A stretch of DNA of 64,000 nt from Gemmatimonas sp. (lineage in GTDB: Bacteria; Gemmatimonadota; Gemmatimonadetes; Gemmatimonadales; Gemmatimonadaceae): positions 1-64,000 of the forward strand of contig JANNVQ010000057.1 in NCBI GenBank assembly GCA_031414535.1, written 5' to 3'. The translations under genes were made by a program, and so were the position numbers. Position 1 is the first letter of the stretch; the number at the start of each line of letters is the position of its first letter. Below the pieces are notes generated by a model, which saw nothing but the letters and a program-made list of their open reading frames with translations, was not told where the DNA came from and searched no databases. Positions 28,143 to 41,451 of this stretch are shown one piece after another.

Positions 28143-29291
28143 TCAAGGCTTCAGCCACTTCGCAAGGAATGCCCAGGTGAGATTCCAAGAATCAATCTGC
28201 TCCGGGGAGTCGTCGCGCTCGAGCGTCTCGCGGTTCACACGACGATTAAACGTGTGACCGCCGCTGGCCGGCCCAGGAGTCGGATTCACGTAGATCTTGG
28301 TCTCGGTGAGGTTCGGTTTCCGCGCGCGCAAGGCATCAATGAGCGGCTGTGCCTCCACGAAGTCTACGTCGGTATCGTTCGTCGCGACGTGCACCAGCAG
28401 CGGGCGCTGCAGCGAATCCACGTGGTAGTAAGGTGAGCGACGGATGTACTCCTCGCGGCGCTCAAACGGAAGCCCGCGTACTGACTCCTGGGTAGAGAAG
28501 CTCCGCTGATAGCCTGGGCCCTTGTACGAAAGGCGGAAAATCAGATTGGTCACCGGCACCATCGCCACACCGGCCACGAAGCGGGCGCGCTCGTTGCGCA
28601 TGAGCAAAAGGTTCACGATGTAGCCGCCGTGGCTCCAGCCCATGATGCCAATGCGCGCGGGGTCCACGTCCGGGCGGGCACGCAGCACGGCCTCGGCCGT
28701 CTCCACGTCATCTACTTCCTTTCCGCCGTAATCGATGGCGCGGTGAAAGGCTTCGCCGTAGCCGGTCGAGCCGCGATAGTCCGGCGCGATGATCACGTAG
28801 CCGCGCTGGACCGCTTCTATAATGAAGGGGAGGTAGTTCTGGTCCCAGCTGCCATGTACGCCGCCGTGCACCCACACCATTGCCGCGTGTGCGCGCGGGC
28901 CACGCGGCGTGAGCGGCGAGAACACGTAGGCCGGAATCTCCATCCCGTCGGCCTGTGAGCGATACGTGATTTTCTCGTAGCGCATTACGCCGCGGCTGCG
29001 CACCGCGAAGATGGAGTCCGTGCGCGCTTTACCGGCTTGATCCCGATCGTACTGGCCGAGAGGATGATCTTCGGGGCGATTACTCACATAGAGTTGGCGC
29101 ACTCGTGCCGTGTCCATCGGGACGACCTGGCGCGGGGTTGGCGGTTCCGCGCCTGGGGCGTTGACGGGAATCGGCGCGGGCACCGACACAGCCTGCCCAG
29201 CTTGCTGCCGTGGTGGCTGTTGGGGCTGTTTCTGCACCGAGGCGCAGGCCGCGAGGAGCGTAAGGACGAGTGGGAGGGCAGAGAGGCGCAT
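28143..29291 (-). CDS. S9 prolyl oligopeptidase-family hydrolase, lipoprotein
   Basis: VHGG, DYRGSTGYG, GWSHGG nucleophile, GGH; LAAC lipobox. Confidence 0.88.
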   Translation of the reverse strand: MRLSALPLVLTLLAACASVQKQPQQPPRQQAGQAVSVPAPIPVNAPGAEPPTPRQVVPMDTARVRQLYVSNRPEDHPLGQYDRDQAGKARTDSIFAVRSRGVMRYEKITYRSQADGMEIPAYVFSPLTPRGPRAHAAMVWVHGGVHGSWDQNYLPFIIEAVQRGYVIIAPDYRGSTGYGEAFHRAIDYGGKEVDDVETAEAVLRARPDVDPARIGIMGWSHGGYIVNLLLMRNERARFVAGVAMVPVTNLIFRLSYKGPGYQRSFSTQESVRGLPFERREEYIRRSPYYHVDSLQRPLLVHVATNDTDVDFVEAQPLIDALRARKPNLTETKIYVNPTPGPASGGHTFNRRVNRETLERDDSPEQIDSWNLTWAFLAKWLKP

Positions 29292-29319
29292 CAAGAACTC
29301 TGTGAAGGGTGAGGCCACT

Positions 29320-29328
29320 TGGTATAAT
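29320..29328 (+). promoter_or_regulatory. Extended -10 promoter element, probable leaderless start
   Basis: TGGTATAAT followed 7 nt later by ATG 29336; no RBS. Confidence 0.7.
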
Positions 29329-29335
29329 ATCTCGC

Positions 29336-30154
29336 ATGATTGCCTACGACCCAAAGAACTGGATTCGAGTCCTTCTGGACTTCCCGCGCAGCCCCATCTT
29401 TCGCACCCTGTTTCTCGACGTGGTCGGGGCCGGGCTCTGGGCGGCGCTGGTAGTCTGGGTGGAGACGGATGTCATCCGCGTGGCCGTGCCGCTCGGCCCG
29501 TCTTTTCTCTCCATCCTTGGCATCATCCTCGGCCTCCTGCTCGTGTTCCGCACCAACACGGCCTACGACCGCTGGTGGGAAGGGCGACGCCTCTGGGGAC
29601 AGCTTGTGAATATCTCGCGGGGGCTGTCGCGGCATCTGGTGATTGCACCGCTGGAGCGCCGGGCCCGTTACGCCACGATGCTCGCGGAGTTTCCGGGAGC
29701 CTTGGCCACGCACTTGCGGCGCGAACGTGGTGCGGGCGGACCGCACTTTCCGAATCGCGTGATCAGCGATCTGCACACGGAGATTCGTGCGGACGCAGAG
29801 GCCGGGCACTTGGGTCCCGATGCCCTACTCCGCCTCGCGCCGCTCCTGCAACAGTACGACGACGTGCTCGGCGCCTGCGAGCGCATTCGCAATACGCCCA
29901 TTCCGTTCTCGTACTCCAGCTACGTGAAGCAGTTCGTGCTCTTGTACGCGCTCGTTATGCCGTTTGGGCTCGTGAAGGAGTTCGGCTACGGTACGGTGAT
30001 TGCGTGCATGTTCACGTTCTTCGCGACGATGGGTCTGGAACTGCTCGCAGGCGAGATCGAAGAGCCCTTCGGTACGGACCGTAACGATCTGCCGCTCGAG
30101 GACATCGGCGGAGTGATCGCACGCGATGTGCGTGCGATTCTCGTGGACAACTGA
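29336..30154 (+). CDS. Bestrophin-family ion channel (YneE-like)
   Basis: LLVFRTNTAYDRWWEGRRLWG, GACERIRNTPIPFSY, EIEEPFGTDRNDLP. Confidence 0.92.
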   Translation: MIAYDPKNWIRVLLDFPRSPIFRTLFLDVVGAGLWAALVVWVETDVIRVAVPLGPSFLSILGIILGLLLVFRTNTAYDRWWEGRRLWGQLVNISRGLSRHLVIAPLERRARYATMLAEFPGALATHLRRERGAGGPHFPNRVISDLHTEIRADAEAGHLGPDALLRLAPLLQQYDDVLGACERIRNTPIPFSYSSYVKQFVLLYALVMPFGLVKEFGYGTVIACMFTFFATMGLELLAGEIEEPFGTDRNDLPLEDIGGVIARDVRAILVDN

Positions 30155-30625
30155 CTAGCGGACGACGAGCCGAGGCTCAATGCTGACGGGGAAGTTTACC
30201 GAGTTCGCGATGTAGCATTCCTCGTGTGCGTCGTGGTGGATTTGCGCAAAAAGCTCGGCGCTCGGTGCATCGGCGCTGACGGTGATTACGGGCCTGAGCG
30301 TGACGTGGGTAATTGCCGTCTTGCCGTCGGCGCGCTTTTCCATCACGCCCTCGGCGGCGTCTTCGTAGGAATCCACCACCGCGCCGTGCTTGGAGAGGTG
30401 CGAGAGCGCAAACAGCATGTGGCAACTGCTGATGGCCGCTACCAGTGCCTCCTCGGGGTCCACCGCCGCTGCCACTGACAGTGGCGCACGCAGAACGAGT
30501 GGTGAGGCCGACGCAGGCACGGTGACGCCTTCGTCGAAGTGCCAGGTGTGGCCGCGCGAGTATTTCTGTTTGAGAAACGCATCGTTGCCGCGCGCCCAAC
30601 GAATGGTGGCGAAGTAGCTGTGCAT
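30155..30625 (-). CDS. OsmC/Ohr-family protein
   Basis: DPEEALVAAISSCHML and AHEECYIANSV two-Cys motifs. Confidence 0.9.
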   Translation of the reverse strand: MHSYFATIRWARGNDAFLKQKYSRGHTWHFDEGVTVPASASPLVLRAPLSVAAAVDPEEALVAAISSCHMLFALSHLSKHGAVVDSYEDAAEGVMEKRADGKTAITHVTLRPVITVSADAPSAELFAQIHHDAHEECYIANSVNFPVSIEPRLVVR

Positions 30626-30637
30626 AGAGTGCTCCGG

Positions 30638-30847
30638 TCAGATGGTACGACGCGTGCTGCAGCCTGGGAATCCAATTCGAACCAGCACCTTCTCAAGCGG
30701 GCAGAAGGCTGTGAAGCTGGACTGCACAAGGTTCAATCCTACAAACGCCGTGAAGAGATACCAGTTGGGGCTCACAAACCAGCCAAGTGCCACAGAGAGA
30801 AGTACGAAGACGCCGGCAAAGCGGCGAATGATGCGGTCATCACACAT
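30638..30847 (-). CDS. DUF2892 / YgaP-like membrane protein
   Basis: FVGLNLVQSSFTAFCP motif, 69 aa, two TM. Confidence 0.88.
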   Translation of the reverse strand: MCDDRIIRRFAGVFVLLSVALGWFVSPNWYLFTAFVGLNLVQSSFTAFCPLEKVLVRIGFPGCSTRRTI

Positions 30848-30856
30848 AGTCGAGTC

Positions 30857-31147
30857 CTAGAAGAAACGTTCAGTGGAAAGAACAGCGACGTGCAGTCGCT
30901 CACCTGCGGGAAGCCCTGCTGCCTCGTGTTGCAATTCGTTTGCCAAGGACTCGGCGCGGTCGTCCGGCACGAGACTCACAATCATTGTGGTCTCGCCGGG
31001 CCAAGCGCGTGTGCCTTCACGGCGCCCCGTGCTGCCAGCACCGTGTCCGCCTGCGAAGCTGGTGTAGTGAGTGATACCGTGCTTCTCGAGCAACATCGGA
31101 ACACGCGCTTCGTCTGGCCCGCCGTACATCAATAGAAAGGTTCGCAT
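30857..31147 (-). CDS. P-II-like transporter-associated protein (PG0541-like)
   Basis: GITHYT..GHGAGSTGRREGTRAWPG T-loop-like motif, 96 aa, directly after the RND permease. Confidence 0.7.
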   Translation of the reverse strand: MRTFLLMYGGPDEARVPMLLEKHGITHYTSFAGGHGAGSTGRREGTRAWPGETTMIVSLVPDDRAESLANELQHEAAGLPAGERLHVAVLSTERFF

Positions 31148-31150
31148 CGC

Positions 31151-34335
<3,185 letters not shown>

Positions 34336-34336
<1 letters not shown>

Positions 34337-35370
34337 TACTCGATACCTGCCACGTTACGAATCACCACTTGATCGCCGACGCGTAGTCCTGCGGTCACTT
34401 CCACATTACCCGCGTATTCGGCACCAATGCGAATCCAGCGGCGCACATCGCCATGCGCGGTGCGCAGCAGCACGCCAATCAAGTCACCTTCACGAATGAG
34501 TGCGGTCGCTGGTACCGCGATGCCGCGACGCTCGCCAACCGGCACAGAGAGCGTGGCGGCAGAATTGGCGAGGTGACGACCATCGCGATTCTCCACGAGC
34601 GCGTTGATGGCATAGAGGCCACCCATCGCGGGCACCACGCCTTCGATGGTTGCCACGTCACTGCGGCCCTCAATCTCCACGTTCACACGATTGCCCTTCT
34701 GGAGTCCACGAGCACTGGCAGGGCTCACGTGCACGGTTATGCGCAGCTGCGTGGCATCCTGCAGGGTTACCAAAGGCGCGCCCGGCGCGGCGAAGGCGCC
34801 GGGATCTACAAAGCGCGCGGTCACGGTTCCGGCAAACGGGGCGGTCAGCGCGGCGTAGGACTCCATGGCGGCGAGTTCGTGGGATGCAGCCTGTGCGGTG
34901 CGCAATCCGGACTCGGCCTGCGCCAGCTGCGTCTCCGCCTGCTCAAGCATCGCCTTCGGTGCGGCATCATCGGCGTGCAGCGCACGGATGCGAGCGGCCT
35001 GTGCGCTCGCCTGCCCCTGCATGGCCTGCGCGGCGTTCATACCGGCCTGCACCTGCTCACGCTTGGCGGCGAGATCGCGCGCATCAAGACGGACCAGGAT
35101 CTGGCCAGCGCGAACACTGCTGCCTTCAATCACATCAACGCCAACCACCGAAGACATAAGTTTGGTGGAGATGGTGGCCTCGCGCATGGGAGCAGCGACG
35201 CCACTGGCGTCGAGCGTGCTGGCAATGTTGGACTCCTCAATGGTGATCACGCTGCCGGTCGTGCTTGCGCTGTTGGCGTCGGGCGGCGTGTGGGCATCAG
35301 CCGGTGCGCAGGCGACGAGGACGATGCCGGCGCTCAGTGAGGCGAGGGTGTTGCGAAAGGTCTTGGTCAT
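34336..35370 (-). CDS. RND membrane fusion protein, lipoprotein
   Basis: LVAC lipobox; VIEGSSVRAGQILVRLD lipoyl half, coiled coil, APFAGTV. Confidence 0.9.
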
Positions 35371-35377
35371 TGGGATA

Positions 35378-36724
35378 TCAGCGGTCAGTGGGAGCAGCAT
35401 CAAGGGAGGTCAAGGCGGCTGGGTCACCCCCAAGGGCGACCCGACGCTCAGCGGCGGCGAGAATCAGGTGGTAACGGCTCATTGCTTCGCGAAGCCGTGT
35501 TTCGGTTTCCATCGCGGAGGCCTCGAGCAACTCGGAAATGGTGGCGAGACCGCCGTCATACTTGCGTGCAACGATGCGGTGCGCTTCTACCGATTGCGCG
35601 ACGGCGCGTTCGGCAATTTCCAGTTGCGCGAACGCGAGACTCACGCGGTCTGCTGAGCGCTGGAGTTGGAGTTCGGCGTTGGCCGTGGCGGCCTCGGCGC
35701 GGGCCTCAGCGGCAACGGCACGCGCACTCGTTGCCCGTACTTCACCGATTTCAGACGCGCCGGCAAATGGCGACCAGGTGGCCATCACGCCGACGGTCCA
35801 GGAGCGCTTGTTGGCAAAGAAGCCCGTGGCGTCGTTCCAGTCGTAGCGTGCAAAGCTGTTCACCCGCGGCAAGTACAATGACTTGGCGCGAAGCGCGTCG
35901 CTGCTGGCGGCAGCACGAGCGGCCTCGGCGACAGTGACATCAGCGCGCGCATGTGAATTCTCACTCAGCGAATCCACAACTGCCGCGTGGCGAATGGCCT
36001 CGGCGCTGGGCAGCGTGGTCGGCAGGCTTGCTGGCAGGCGGGCGACGCCCAGCAGGACGGCGAGTTCTCGCTGTGCGTGTTCAGCGTCGGCTGCCGCTTC
36101 CAGTTGCTTGGCGGCGATCTCTCCAGCGCGAACACTGGCGAGGAGTGCATCGGAGCGTGTGACGAGGCCCGTGTCGGCGAGAGCTTGGGCGCGAGCAACG
36201 TGTGCTGATGCGGCACGACTGGCGGCGACGAGGGTCTCGCGCAATTCGGCTGCGAGTGTGGCACCATAGTATGCGCGAACCACGTCAACCTTGGTGCCGG
36301 TGCGTGTCCACTGCGCCATGGCATCGCTGGCGTCAGCGGCGGCAGACGCCGCGCGGCGACCCGTCCATGCGTCCGCATTGAACAGCGGCTGTTCGAGCAC
36401 GAGAGCGGCGCTACGAGTGCGCGCCGCGTCGGGAAAGTTGAGCGTAGCCGGATTGAATTCCGCTGCCGTAATGGCACGCTGGCGCAGCGTGACGCCAAAG
36501 GCATTGATGGGATCGGTGGTCGCGAGGACACCCATCTCGACGCGCACACCCGGCAGGATGCCGCGCAGGGGTGCGATGGCTGCCGCGCGTTGCCCAACGG
36601 CCTCGGCGGTGGCGATGCGGTTGGCGTAGGCGCTCTGGTCCGCAATCCGCAGGGCGTCGCCCAGCGAGAGCTGGGCGGAGAGCACTTGGACCGGGAGTAG
36701 CACGAGGAGGAGGAGTCGAAACAT
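35378..36724 (-). CDS. TolC-family outer-membrane factor
   Basis: LEQPLFN, VVRAYY, YLPRVN, YDGGLATISELLEA repeats; signal peptide. Confidence 0.88.
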   Translation of the reverse strand: MFRLLLLVLLPVQVLSAQLSLGDALRIADQSAYANRIATAEAVGQRAAAIAPLRGILPGVRVEMGVLATTDPINAFGVTLRQRAITAAEFNPATLNFPDAARTRSAALVLEQPLFNADAWTGRRAASAAADASDAMAQWTRTGTKVDVVRAYYGATLAAELRETLVAASRAASAHVARAQALADTGLVTRSDALLASVRAGEIAAKQLEAAADAEHAQRELAVLLGVARLPASLPTTLPSAEAIRHAAVVDSLSENSHARADVTVAEAARAAASSDALRAKSLYLPRVNSFARYDWNDATGFFANKRSWTVGVMATWSPFAGASEIGEVRATSARAVAAEARAEAATANAELQLQRSADRVSLAFAQLEIAERAVAQSVEAHRIVARKYDGGLATISELLEASAMETETRLREAMSRYHLILAAAERRVALGGDPAALTSLDAAPTDR

Positions 36725-36744
36725 AGATATTAAGTTGTATTGGT

Positions 36745-36764
36745 ATATAACCATATAGTGATAT
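36745..36764. promoter_or_regulatory. AT-rich imperfect palindrome, candidate ArsR/SmtB-type operator
   Basis: ATATAACCAT|ATAGTGATAT (8/10) within a very AT-rich 36725-36767 tract 20 bp upstream of the TolC-like start. Confidence 0.5.
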
Positions 36765-36798
36765 TAAGCGCGGAGAGGGTCCGCCGCAAGCCCTTCTT

Positions 36799-37419
36799 TT
36801 ACTCCTTCAGCAAGCGCCGTACGGCCAACTCGAGGCTCACGGGCGCCACTGGCCCAATCACCCGGTGCCGAATGCGGCCTGTCCGGTCCAACAAAAAACT
36901 CATCGGGTAGCCTTGCACGCCTCCAAACGCCGCCTCCGCCTCCGGCCCCACGTGCGCAATCGGATAGCTCACGCCACGCTCGGTTACGAAGGCTCGGACC
37001 TGCTCGGTAGAGACGCGATCGACGGCGAGCCCCACCACCACGAATCCTGAATCCGCGTGCCGGCGGTGCATGGCGTCGAGGGCCGGCATTTCCACGCGGC
37101 AAGGCAGGCACCAAGTGGCCCAGAAGTTCACCAATACCACCTTTCCCCGTAGCGACTCAGCGCTCAGCGGCTCGCCAGTAAGCGAGACGTATTCGTACTG
37201 CGGCGTGGTGGTGGGACCCGAGCGCACGCCGAGCACGGCACCGACGTGCGGCAGCAGTCTCGGAGCCGCCCAGAGCAGGATTGCCAGCGTGAGCACGTTG
37301 GCAATCGTGAGATGACGCCGCAGACGTCCCCACCGCGATAGCGCAGGTGACTCGACAGCCGTTGGGGCAGGCGCGGAATCGGGCTTTGCAACGGGATGAG
37401 CGGACGCTGGATCGGTCAT
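36799..37419 (-). CDS. TlpA/ResA-family thioredoxin
   Basis: VNFWATWCLPCRVEMP; GYP cis-Pro; N-terminal TM. Confidence 0.9.
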   Translation of the reverse strand: MTDPASAHPVAKPDSAPAPTAVESPALSRWGRLRRHLTIANVLTLAILLWAAPRLLPHVGAVLGVRSGPTTTPQYEYVSLTGEPLSAESLRGKVVLVNFWATWCLPCRVEMPALDAMHRRHADSGFVVVGLAVDRVSTEQVRAFVTERGVSYPIAHVGPEAEAAFGGVQGYPMSFLLDRTGRIRHRVIGPVAPVSLELAVRRLLKE

Positions 37420-37519
37420 TGTCTGTGGACAATACGCGATGACGAGGAGAAGTTCTTGCGACTGAACATTCCCGCGCCCATGGGCGTAGGCCTGACACAA
37501 CCTCGTTGGAGTTTTCTGA

Positions 37520-40500
37520 ATGCGTGCATCAATCATGCGCTTGCTTGCCCTCGCGGCGTTTCTTCCACTCGCTCTCGCCGCGCAGGACAGCAGCGAGGCC
37601 CGGCCGGGCCGTCGCGTGGGGTTACCGCTCGCAGCCACACGGTCTTGGTCACTGAACACCAGCGAAGGCTCGTGGATGTCGGTGGACGTATCCCCCGACG
37701 GCGCAACGCTCGTGTTCGACCTCCTCGGCGATCTCTACACCATGCCGATTGCCGGCGGCGCGGCAACAGCGCTTACCAACGGCATGCCCTTCGACGCGCA
37801 GCCGCGATTCTCACCTGATGGCAAGCACGTCGTCTATGTGAGCGACGAGGACGGCGGCGATAATCTCTGGCGCATTGAGCTGGCAACAAGCAAGAAGACA
37901 CAGCTCACGCGCGGCAAGACCACACGCTACATCTCACCCACGTGGACGCCAGACGGCCAGTACATCATCTCCGCGCGCGCACTGTTCCGCGGTGGCACCA
38001 CGAAGCTCTGGATCTACCATCGCGACGGTGGCAATGGCACGCAACTCATCGCTGCCACGGGCAACGCCGCCAATCAGTCGCACGCAGGCCCCGTGGTGAG
38101 CCGAGACGGCCGCTACGTGTGGTACGCGGAGCGAAACGGAGCTTGGCACTACAACGCTAACTCGCCGCAGTACCAGCTCGTGCGCTACGATCGCGAGACG
38201 GGCCGCTCGGTTCCGCAGTCGTTCACGTATGGTTCCGCCGCGCGCCCAACGCTCTCGCCCGACAACCGCTACGTGGTGTACGGCTCGCGCTTTGAGTCTC
38301 AAACTGGCCTTCGCATTCGCGACTTGACCACGAGCGATGACCGCTGGCTCGCCTTCCCCACGCAGCGCGACGATATGGAATCGCGCGCCGCGCTCGATGC
38401 GCTCCCTGGTATGGCGTTCACGCCAGATGGCCGCAGCCTCATCGCGTCGTATGGTGGAAAATTCTGGCGCATTGCCGTGGATGGTTCAGGCCAGAGCGAG
38501 ATTCCGTTCACGGTGCAGGCGGCAATTGCCGCTGGCCCGCGCGTGCAGTTTGAGTATGGTGTTTCCGATTCGTCAACGTTCACAGCACGTCAACTGCGTG
38601 ATCCCGTGCTCTCGCCAGACGCTCGCCGCCTTGCATTCACGGTGCTCGATCGTCTGTACGTAATGGATTGGCCGGCCGGCACGCCGCGCCGCGTCACCAA
38701 CGCAGATGTAGTGGAAGCGCAGCCCGCGTGGTCGCCGGATGGGCGCACCCTAGCCTACGTCACGTGGGAGGGCACGACCGGCCGCCTGATGCGCGTGTCG
38801 CTCGATGCGCGCGTCACGACGCCGACAGCCCTGACCACCGAGCGCGGCTTCTATCAGCAGCCCGCGTGGTCGCCCAATGGTCAGCGCGTCGTGGCCATCC
38901 GCGGACCCGCAACGGCCTTCGCCGAGGCATTTGCGCAAGGTGCGCCGGGTGCCGCCACTGAATTCGTATGGTTTCCTGCAGCTGGTGGCGCGGCAACAGT
39001 GATTGCAGAAACGCAGGGCCGCACGCGTCCGCACTTCACGCAAGACAACGAGCGCATCTTTCTCTCCAGCAGCCAGGGACTCTCGTCCATACGCTGGGAT
39101 GGTACCGATGAACGCCGTATCGTCCGCGTTACCGGACCAGCAGCACCAGGTAGTTCGGTGGAGTGCGACGAGTCGCACGTGTACTGCGAAGCGGAGAGTG
39201 ACGATCCGCGCGAGGACAATCCCCCGCCCTCCGCCACGCTCACCGTGATGGCGCCGCGCGGCGATCAGGCTTTCGCAGCCGTCGGGAATCACATCTATGT
39301 CGTGACCGTACCGCGCGTGAGCGGCGAGGCCGTGACAATCTCCGTCGCCACACCGGATAACGCGGCGTTTCCCTCGCGCAAAATCACGGACATCGGTGGG
39401 CAGTTTCCCTCGTGGCTCGCCAGTGGTCGCGCCGTCCTCTGGGGCATCGGCAACGCCGTTGCACAGTTTGACATCGACTCCGCGCGCGTGCGCGACCTTG
39501 CCATTCGCGACTCCGCCGCTTGGCGTGCCGATACCACACTCAAACCCAAGGCTTACACGGCAAGCGAGCGACGCGTTGCCGTCTCCATCGCGCGCGACAT
39601 TCCGCAGGGCGCGCTCGTGCTGCGCGGTGGACGTGCCGTCACCATGCGTGGGACCGAGATCATTGAGAACGCCGACATCGTCGTCGTGAACAACCGCATC
39701 CGCGCGGTCGGCGCGCGTGGCAGCGTAGAGATTCCCGCCGGCGCCACCATCCGCGACATCAGCGGGCGTACCGTCGTGCCGGGCTTCGTGGACACACACG
39801 CGCACATGTGGCCGAGCTGGGGCATCCACAAGCCGCAGCCCTGGATGTACCTCGCAAACCTCGCGTACGGCGTCACCACCACGCGCGATCCGCAGACCGC
39901 CACCACTGACGTCCTCACCTACAGCGACATGGTGGAGAGCGGACTCGCGATGGGCCCGCGCGTCTACAGCACAGGTCCCGGCGTGTTCTGGGAAGAGAAC
40001 GTGCGCAATCTGGAGGATGCGCGTCGCGTCCTGCGCCGCTACAGCAGCTATTACGACACCAAGACCATCAAGATGTACGTAGCGGGAAATCGCGAGCAGC
40101 GTCAGTGGATTATCCAGGCCGCGCGCGAGCAGCAGATCATGCCCACCACGGAAGGCTCGCTCGACTTCCGTTTGAATATGTCCATGGCTCAGGACGGATA
40201 CAGCGGCCAGGAACACAACATCCCAGTCACGCCGCTCTTTAAGGACGTCACCGGCTTCTTCGCATGGACGGGCATCGCATACACGCCCACGCTGATCGTG
40301 AACTACGGTGGCCCCTGGGGCGAGAACTGGTTTTACACGCGCGAGCGTCCCTACGACGATGCCAAGGTGCAGCGTTGGATGCCGTATGCTGAACTCGCGG
40401 CCAAGGCACGTCGCCGCGTGGCGAATCGTCCCACTGACGGCACGCCTGGCGGATGGTTCTCAGATGATGAGTACGCCTTTCCCAAGCACGCGGCTGATGC

Positions 40501-40888
40501 CTACGCGATCTTCCAGCAAGGTGGACGCATCGGCATCGGCAGCCACGGCCAGTTCCAAGGTCTTGGCTACCACTGGGAGATGTGGTTGCTCAAGCAAGGT
40601 GGTTGGTCTAACCACGATGTGTTACGCGCCGCCACCATCGTCGGTGCGGACGCCATTGGACTCGGCCAGCAACTCGGCTCCATCGAGCCCGGCAAGCTGG
40701 CGGACCTCGTGATTCTTGATCGCGATCCTATCGCCGATTTGCGGAATACCAACGCCATCAGCGGCGTAATGAAGAACGGCCGGCTCTATGATGGCACGAC
40801 GCTCGCGGAGCAGTGGCCGCGTCAGCGCCCGGGGCCTGCGGTTGACGGCCTGCGCACTGTTCCTAATGTGAAGGCCGGAATGCGCTAA
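37520..40888 (+). CDS. Exported PD40/TolB-repeat amidohydrolase
   Basis: Multiple W/FSPDG repeats; PGFVDTHAH, YGVTTTRD, GSIEPGKLADLVIL. Confidence 0.88.
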   Translation: MRASIMRLLALAAFLPLALAAQDSSEARPGRRVGLPLAATRSWSLNTSEGSWMSVDVSPDGATLVFDLLGDLYTMPIAGGAATALTNGMPFDAQPRFSPDGKHVVYVSDEDGGDNLWRIELATSKKTQLTRGKTTRYISPTWTPDGQYIISARALFRGGTTKLWIYHRDGGNGTQLIAATGNAANQSHAGPVVSRDGRYVWYAERNGAWHYNANSPQYQLVRYDRETGRSVPQSFTYGSAARPTLSPDNRYVVYGSRFESQTGLRIRDLTTSDDRWLAFPTQRDDMESRAALDALPGMAFTPDGRSLIASYGGKFWRIAVDGSGQSEIPFTVQAAIAAGPRVQFEYGVSDSSTFTARQLRDPVLSPDARRLAFTVLDRLYVMDWPAGTPRRVTNADVVEAQPAWSPDGRTLAYVTWEGTTGRLMRVSLDARVTTPTALTTERGFYQQPAWSPNGQRVVAIRGPATAFAEAFAQGAPGAATEFVWFPAAGGAATVIAETQGRTRPHFTQDNERIFLSSSQGLSSIRWDGTDERRIVRVTGPAAPGSSVECDESHVYCEAESDDPREDNPPPSATLTVMAPRGDQAFAAVGNHIYVVTVPRVSGEAVTISVATPDNAAFPSRKITDIGGQFPSWLASGRAVLWGIGNAVAQFDIDSARVRDLAIRDSAAWRADTTLKPKAYTASERRVAVSIARDIPQGALVLRGGRAVTMRGTEIIENADIVVVNNRIRAVGARGSVEIPAGATIRDISGRTVVPGFVDTHAHMWPSWGIHKPQPWMYLANLAYGVTTTRDPQTATTDVLTYSDMVESGLAMGPRVYSTGPGVFWEENVRNLEDARRVLRRYSSYYDTKTIKMYVAGNREQRQWIIQAAREQQIMPTTEGSLDFRLNMSMAQDGYSGQEHNIPVTPLFKDVTGFFAWTGIAYTPTLIVNYGGPWGENWFYTRERPYDDAKVQRWMPYAELAAKARRRVANRPTDGTPGGWFSDDEYAFPKHAADAYAIFQQGGRIGIGSHGQFQGLGYHWEMWLLKQGGWSNHDVLRAATIVGADAIGLGQQLGSIEPGKLADLVILDRDPIADLRNTNAISGVMKNGRLYDGTTLAEQWPRQRPGPAVDGLRTVPNVKAGMR

Positions 40889-40930
40889 ACTTTCGTACAA
40901 GTTTGTAAGAGCGGAACAGGTGCTCGGCGC

Positions 40931-41413
40931 TTAGCCGAGCACCTGTTCGATTTCTGCTCGCATCTGCTCTGGTGTATCGGTTGGTGCGAAGCGCTTGAGC
41001 ACCGTGCCGTCACGCGCCACGAGGAACTTGGTGAAGTTCCACTTGATGGCTTCGGTGAACAGCAGGCCAGGCTTTGCCTTCTTGAGATGAGCGAACAGCG
41101 GATGCGTGCCATCGCCGTTCACGTCGAGCTTGGCAAACATGGGAAACGTGACGTCGTACGTGAGCGAGCAGAAGTTCTTGATTTCATCTGCGTTCCCGGG
41201 CTCCTGCGCACCAAACTGGTTGCAAGGAAATCCGAGTACCGCGAGACCTTTGGGTCCGAGTTCGCGATGCAGGGTCTCGAGGCCGGCGTATTGCGGCGTG
41301 AAGCCACACTGACTTGCGGTATTCACAATCAGCATCACTTGGTTCTGATACGGAGCGAGCGTTTGTTCGCTGCCGTCAAGAGCGGTGACGGGGATCTCGT
41401 AGATGTTGGTCAT
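40931..41413 (-). CDS. Glutathione peroxidase (Cys type, BtuE-like)
   Basis: VNTASQCGFTPQY, FPCNQFGAQEPG, WNFTKFL. Confidence 0.93.
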   Translation of the reverse strand: MTNIYEIPVTALDGSEQTLAPYQNQVMLIVNTASQCGFTPQYAGLETLHRELGPKGLAVLGFPCNQFGAQEPGNADEIKNFCSLTYDVTFPMFAKLDVNGDGTHPLFAHLKKAKPGLLFTEAIKWNFTKFLVARDGTVLKRFAPTDTPEQMRAEIEQVLG

Positions 41414-41451
41414 CCCGTAATTTCGCGTATCACGCCGCGCGAATGTAGCCG

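Noticed and set aside
40931..41413. Selenocysteine glutathione peroxidase
   Set aside because: The active-site codon is TGT (Cys), not TGA
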